This document shows positions 63,645 to 64,000 of a DNA stretch of 64,000 nt, piece by piece. The notes below the pieces were generated by a model. That model was given only the letters and a program-made list of their open reading frames with translations, had not been told where the DNA came from and searched no databases. Both the position numbers and the translations under genes were made by a program. Numbering within the stretch: position 1 is the first letter of the stretch; each line of letters opens with the position of its first letter. Source of the stretch: Octopus bimaculoides (taxonomy: Eukaryota); NCBI RefSeq assembly GCF_001194135.2, contig NC_069007.1, forward strand, positions 21,079,249-21,143,248, in the 5' to 3' direction.

Positions 63645-63810
63645 TATGCCTTAAGAATTGAAAAACAGAAGAGGAGATTGAAAAAAAACAAAGGTTTTGG
63701 TATTATTTATTCACCATTACATGTTTCATTTCTTAACAGGAATTACACAATTTTATATATACAGGAAGGAAACATGTCACATATCTCCCATCAGAAATTA
63801 TTCATATATA
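63645..63810 (-). repeat. Inverted paralog of the ZNF 3'-end block at 58240-58435
   Basis: Reverse-complement similarity including AATAAA and the taaggcatacc junction. Confidence 0.75.
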
Positions 63811-64000
63811 CATCAAGTTTAAAGAGTCACACGCATGTGACATCCATCAAAATAGAGCAAAACACGATAAACCGTTGAATAGTTCAGCTCAAGATCAAAG
63901 CGCTGAAATGCAAAGAAAGAACAGTTCACCAGCATCACATCTATATGAGGTTTGTTGGTGAAAAGCAGATATTCATTCAAACAGGCTATAAAAACAGTAA

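Overview
AT-rich eukaryotic genomic DNA with about 7 kb of N-gaps. It contains a dense tandem cluster of C2H2 zinc-finger genes whose coding region is a single exon. There are 11 long finger arrays (9 with an intact ATG, 2 starting in gaps) and several decayed relics, with no KRAB/SCAN/BTB/ZAD-like domain in any ORF. The gene family and the repeat content (tRNA-headed SINEs, RTE 3' ends with (GAT)n tails) suggest an octopus genome; that assignment is inference. Each gene was duplicated as a cassette: an upstream module ending in a GTAAGT donor, a conserved ~134-nt leader block with a 3' splice site and a 21-codon uORF, an invariant AG|ATG, the 84-bp finger repeats, fossil fingers after the stop, and a shared AATAAA block. 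Comparing paralogs by eye shows a chimeric array (35875), a swapped upstream region (41775), whole-finger gains and losses, and repeated truncation through frameshifts at the TGT-GAT codons. Between the genes are remnants of Helitron, Tc1, mariner, Merlin, hAT, CR1-like and RTE elements, plus palindromic/foldback elements. All alignments and counts were done by eye; no database searches were run.
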